A stretch of 35,504 nt of DNA, from positions 23,420,604 to 23,456,107 of the forward strand of contig NC_068999.1 of NCBI RefSeq assembly GCF_001194135.2, given 5' to 3'. This DNA is from Octopus bimaculoides (taxonomy: Eukaryota). The first letter of the stretch is position 1. The number at the start of each line of letters is the position of its first letter. Of the stretch, positions 32,637-35,504 are shown piece by piece. A program made the translations under genes and the position numbers. The notes under the pieces are model-generated. The model was not told the DNA's origin and searched no databases. It worked only from the letters and a program-made list of their open reading frames with translations.

Positions 32637-32640
<4 letters not shown>
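31780..32640 (-). mobile_element. SINE family A split by a fold-back insertion (tail 31780-31920, head 32470-32640)
   Basis: Both halves are on the minus strand in the correct order. Confidence 0.75.
31936..32468. mobile_element. Fold-back/MITE with about 125-bp inverted arms
   Basis: 31936-32060 matches the reverse complement of 32341-32468 (AAACTTTGG..CAAATTTAAGGTCATCC..CATAGAATACGGATG.ACAAAATC); AT-rich spacer; TA-rich flanks. Confidence 0.88.
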
Positions 32641-32687
<47 letters not shown>

Positions 32688-32826
32688 GTTTATCAATCCT
32701 GGCAAAATACACAATAAGCTCTCATTACCTATCAGTAATGTACCTGTAATGAGCTATTTTTCCAATAAAGGAAAAATATGTAACGACCATTATTTTTAAC
32801 TTGTTATATATATTAATATACTACCC

Positions 32827-33576
32827 AGATATGCATCTATATATACAGGTAGATGTAGGTATGTACATACATGTACGTATATATGCATATACTCATTTAT
32901 TATTTGTATTACATGATCGAACGCACGCGTCATCCCTGCAAGTAAGTTTTGAACTTTATATTTTCTGACGCGACTCTATCTATCTTTGTATCTTTTTCCC
33001 CCTCTCGTTCTTCCTTCAGTTACTACTATATCTCTCTCTTCCTCCCTGTCTCTCGTTGCTCACCTATTTTCTACTTCCTCCCCTTTTTTCCTCCCTCTAC
33101 CACTCTTTCTCCTTACCCCTCGCTGGTCACATATGTCCAGCCCTACTTCCTTTCTTCCTTGGCTATCGCCAAGCACGCATACGAACATACTTCGTCCCGC
33201 TTCCTTCCAGTTCGTTGTTTCATAGCGTTCAATATACACATATTTTTTCACGTCTGGCCGTATAGCCTTTTTCGTTTGTTTTCCTGTCTTGTTTTCTGTC
33301 CGCCACTACATTCCTCCATGGTACAAATTGAAATTTGTGGTCCGTGGGAAGAGCCATTTTAACGATGCCTCCTGCCCTAACTCTTCGAAACGCCAGTGTT
33401 AGAATGGTGGCAGCTGATGAAGGAAATGTTCTCTATATGGCCTGTGTGTTTTCTGTACTCTGTTTATTATTTTTTTTGTCTACGTTTTGTTTGCAACATC
33501 CTGTACCAAGATATGCATCTATATATACAGGTAGATGTAGGTATGTACATACATGTACGTATATATGCATATACTC

Positions 33577-33586
<10 letters not shown>
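32827..33586. repeat. Perfect 78-bp direct repeat (32827-32904 and 33509-33586) around a 604-bp insert
   Basis: AGATATGCATCTATATATACAGGTAG...CATATACTCATTTATTATT is identical in both copies. Confidence 0.95.
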
Positions 33587-33648
<62 letters not shown>

Positions 33649-33657
33649 TATATATAA
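33580..33657. repeat. (ATT)n-(TA)n microsatellite before N gap 33677-34365
   Basis: Direct read. Confidence 0.95.
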
Positions 33658-34610
33658 GCCTGAAAAGTACTTGGAGNNNNNNNNNNNNNNNNNNNNNNNN
33701 NNNNNNNNNNNNNNNNNNNNNNNNNNNNNNNNNNNNNNNNNNNNNNNNNNNNNNNNNNNNNNNNNNNNNNNNNNNNNNNNNNNNNNNNNNNNNNNNNNNN
33801 NNNNNNNNNNNNNNNNNNNNNNNNNNNNNNNNNNNNNNNNNNNNNNNNNNNNNNNNNNNNNNNNNNNNNNNNNNNNNNNNNNNNNNNNNNNNNNNNNNNN
33901 NNNNNNNNNNNNNNNNNNNNNNNNNNNNNNNNNNNNNNNNNNNNNNNNNNNNNNNNNNNNNNNNNNNNNNNNNNNNNNNNNNNNNNNNNNNNNNNNNNNN
34001 NNNNNNNNNNNNNNNNNNNNNNNNNNNNNNNNNNNNNNNNNNNNNNNNNNNNNNNNNNNNNNNNNNNNNNNNNNNNNNNNNNNNNNNNNNNNNNNNNNNN
34101 NNNNNNNNNNNNNNNNNNNNNNNNNNNNNNNNNNNNNNNNNNNNNNNNNNNNNNNNNNNNNNNNNNNNNNNNNNNNNNNNNNNNNNNNNNNNNNNNNNNN
34201 NNNNNNNNNNNNNNNNNNNNNNNNNNNNNNNNNNNNNNNNNNNNNNNNNNNNNNNNNNNNNNNNNNNNNNNNNNNNNNNNNNNNNNNNNNNNNNNNNNNN
34301 NNNNNNNNNNNNNNNNNNNNNNNNNNNNNNNNNNNNNNNNNNNNNNNNNNNNNNNNNNNNNNNNNTATCGACTTTTATTTATCTTTTATTTCTTGTAAAT
34401 CAAAATTCCTGATAAATATTATCTATTTGGATATATTTTTGACATATAAATTATTACACATACATCTCCAAATTATCACACATATATATCCTCTGTAGAG
34501 CGAAAAATTATATCCAACAAAAGCAACATCAAGAGGAAGTGCCGTGAGCATGCGCTCATGTGTATGTACGTGTGTGTGTGTGTTTCTGGTGTGTGTGTGT
34601 GTGTGTTTCT

Positions 34611-34660
<50 letters not shown>

Positions 34661-34844
34661 CGTGCGTGTGTTTATGTGTCATATAAACAAATATACACGC
34701 ATACATACACATATATACATATATAGTCATGCAAACATACATATATACATACATGCCTTTTTGTCTTCTTCAAGTATATAAACATCCATCAGCTCACACA
34801 CACGCACTTGTACTCATACATACACACGAGCACACCCTAAAGTA

Positions 34845-35184
34845 CATGCTGGGGCACCACCTTGAAGAATCTTCAGTCGAATGGCTCGACCCCAGTCCTT
34901 TTTTATAAGCCAGGTATTTATTCTATGGGTCTCTTCCGCCGAACCGCTAGGTTACAGAGACGTAAACAAACCAACATCGGCTGTCAAGTTGTGGAGTGGG
35001 GAACAAACAAAGATGTAAATACACACACACATATACGACGGGATTCTTTCAGTTTCCGTCTACTTAATCCACTCACAAGGCTTTGATCGGCCCGAAGCTC
35101 TAGTAGAAGACACTTACCCAAAGTGCCACGCAGTGGTACTGAACCCAGAACCATGTGGTTGAGAAGCAATGTCCTTACCACACA
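34845..35184 (-). mobile_element. SINE family A, near full length
   Basis: Reverse complement CAGGCGTGACTGTGTGGTAAGG..CCACATGGTTCTGGGTTCAGTACCACTGCGTGGCAC through GTGCCCCAGCATG. Confidence 0.9.
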
Positions 35185-35294
35185 GTCACGCCTGTCATTT
35201 TCACAATATCACTTCGCTGCCACTCAACAGGACATAAGACAACAGAGCATAGTTTTCATTGGAGTGTATTCTCTACCGCAACTCCCAATCACCC

Positions 35295-35350
35295 ACTCCA
35301 ACTGCCCCACTCCAACTGCCCCACTCCAACTGCCCCACTCCAACTGCCCC
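35295..35350. repeat. 14-bp minisatellite (ACTCCAACTGCCCC)x4
   Basis: Four perfect copies plus partial flanking units. Confidence 0.95.
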
Positions 35351-35504
35351 ACTCCACCACAAAAAACAAACAGCAACAACATTCTTTAGAAGCTCTATTA
35401 TTATTATTATTCATATCAATTTCATTCAACTTAGTTGCCGTCTGTTCGCGAAGAGTTATTGCGTGTTATCTGATAAATATCACTGAAGGAAGTGCCAGGT
35501 ACTT

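Noticed and set aside
33370-33510. Functional hammerhead at CGAAAC...CTGATGA
   Set aside because: No permutation gives a valid helix I with an NUH triplet; downstream of the putative helix II the sequence reads GTACC instead of GAAA.

Overview
AT-rich, microsatellite-dense animal genomic DNA with nine N gaps (about 3.2 kb). The repeat landscape resembles an octopus or other cephalopod draft scaffold; this is an inference from the SINE heads and microsatellite load. There is no confident host protein-coding gene, and most listed ORFs are microsatellite or N-gap artefacts. The window is a transposon graveyard: decayed RTE-like LINEs, a Penelope-like GIY-YIG fragment, a Tc1 (DD34E), two mariner copies, a Tc1-like MITE, a hAT MITE, Helitron pieces (a helicase fragment, an 805-bp non-autonomous copy and a possible 84-bp mini copy), many tRNA-derived SINEs of several modular families, fold-back elements and minisatellites. 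The most interesting signals are (i) a 680-bp fold-back DNA element with 28-bp TIRs and a perfect 8-bp TSD carrying (CCCTAA)n telomeric repeats at its centre, (ii) three hammerhead-ribozyme-like motifs on the minus strand, one with a roughly 100-nt helix II, probably tied to Penelope-like elements, and (iii) a 38-bp hairpin minisatellite with an apparent 6-unit higher-order structure.
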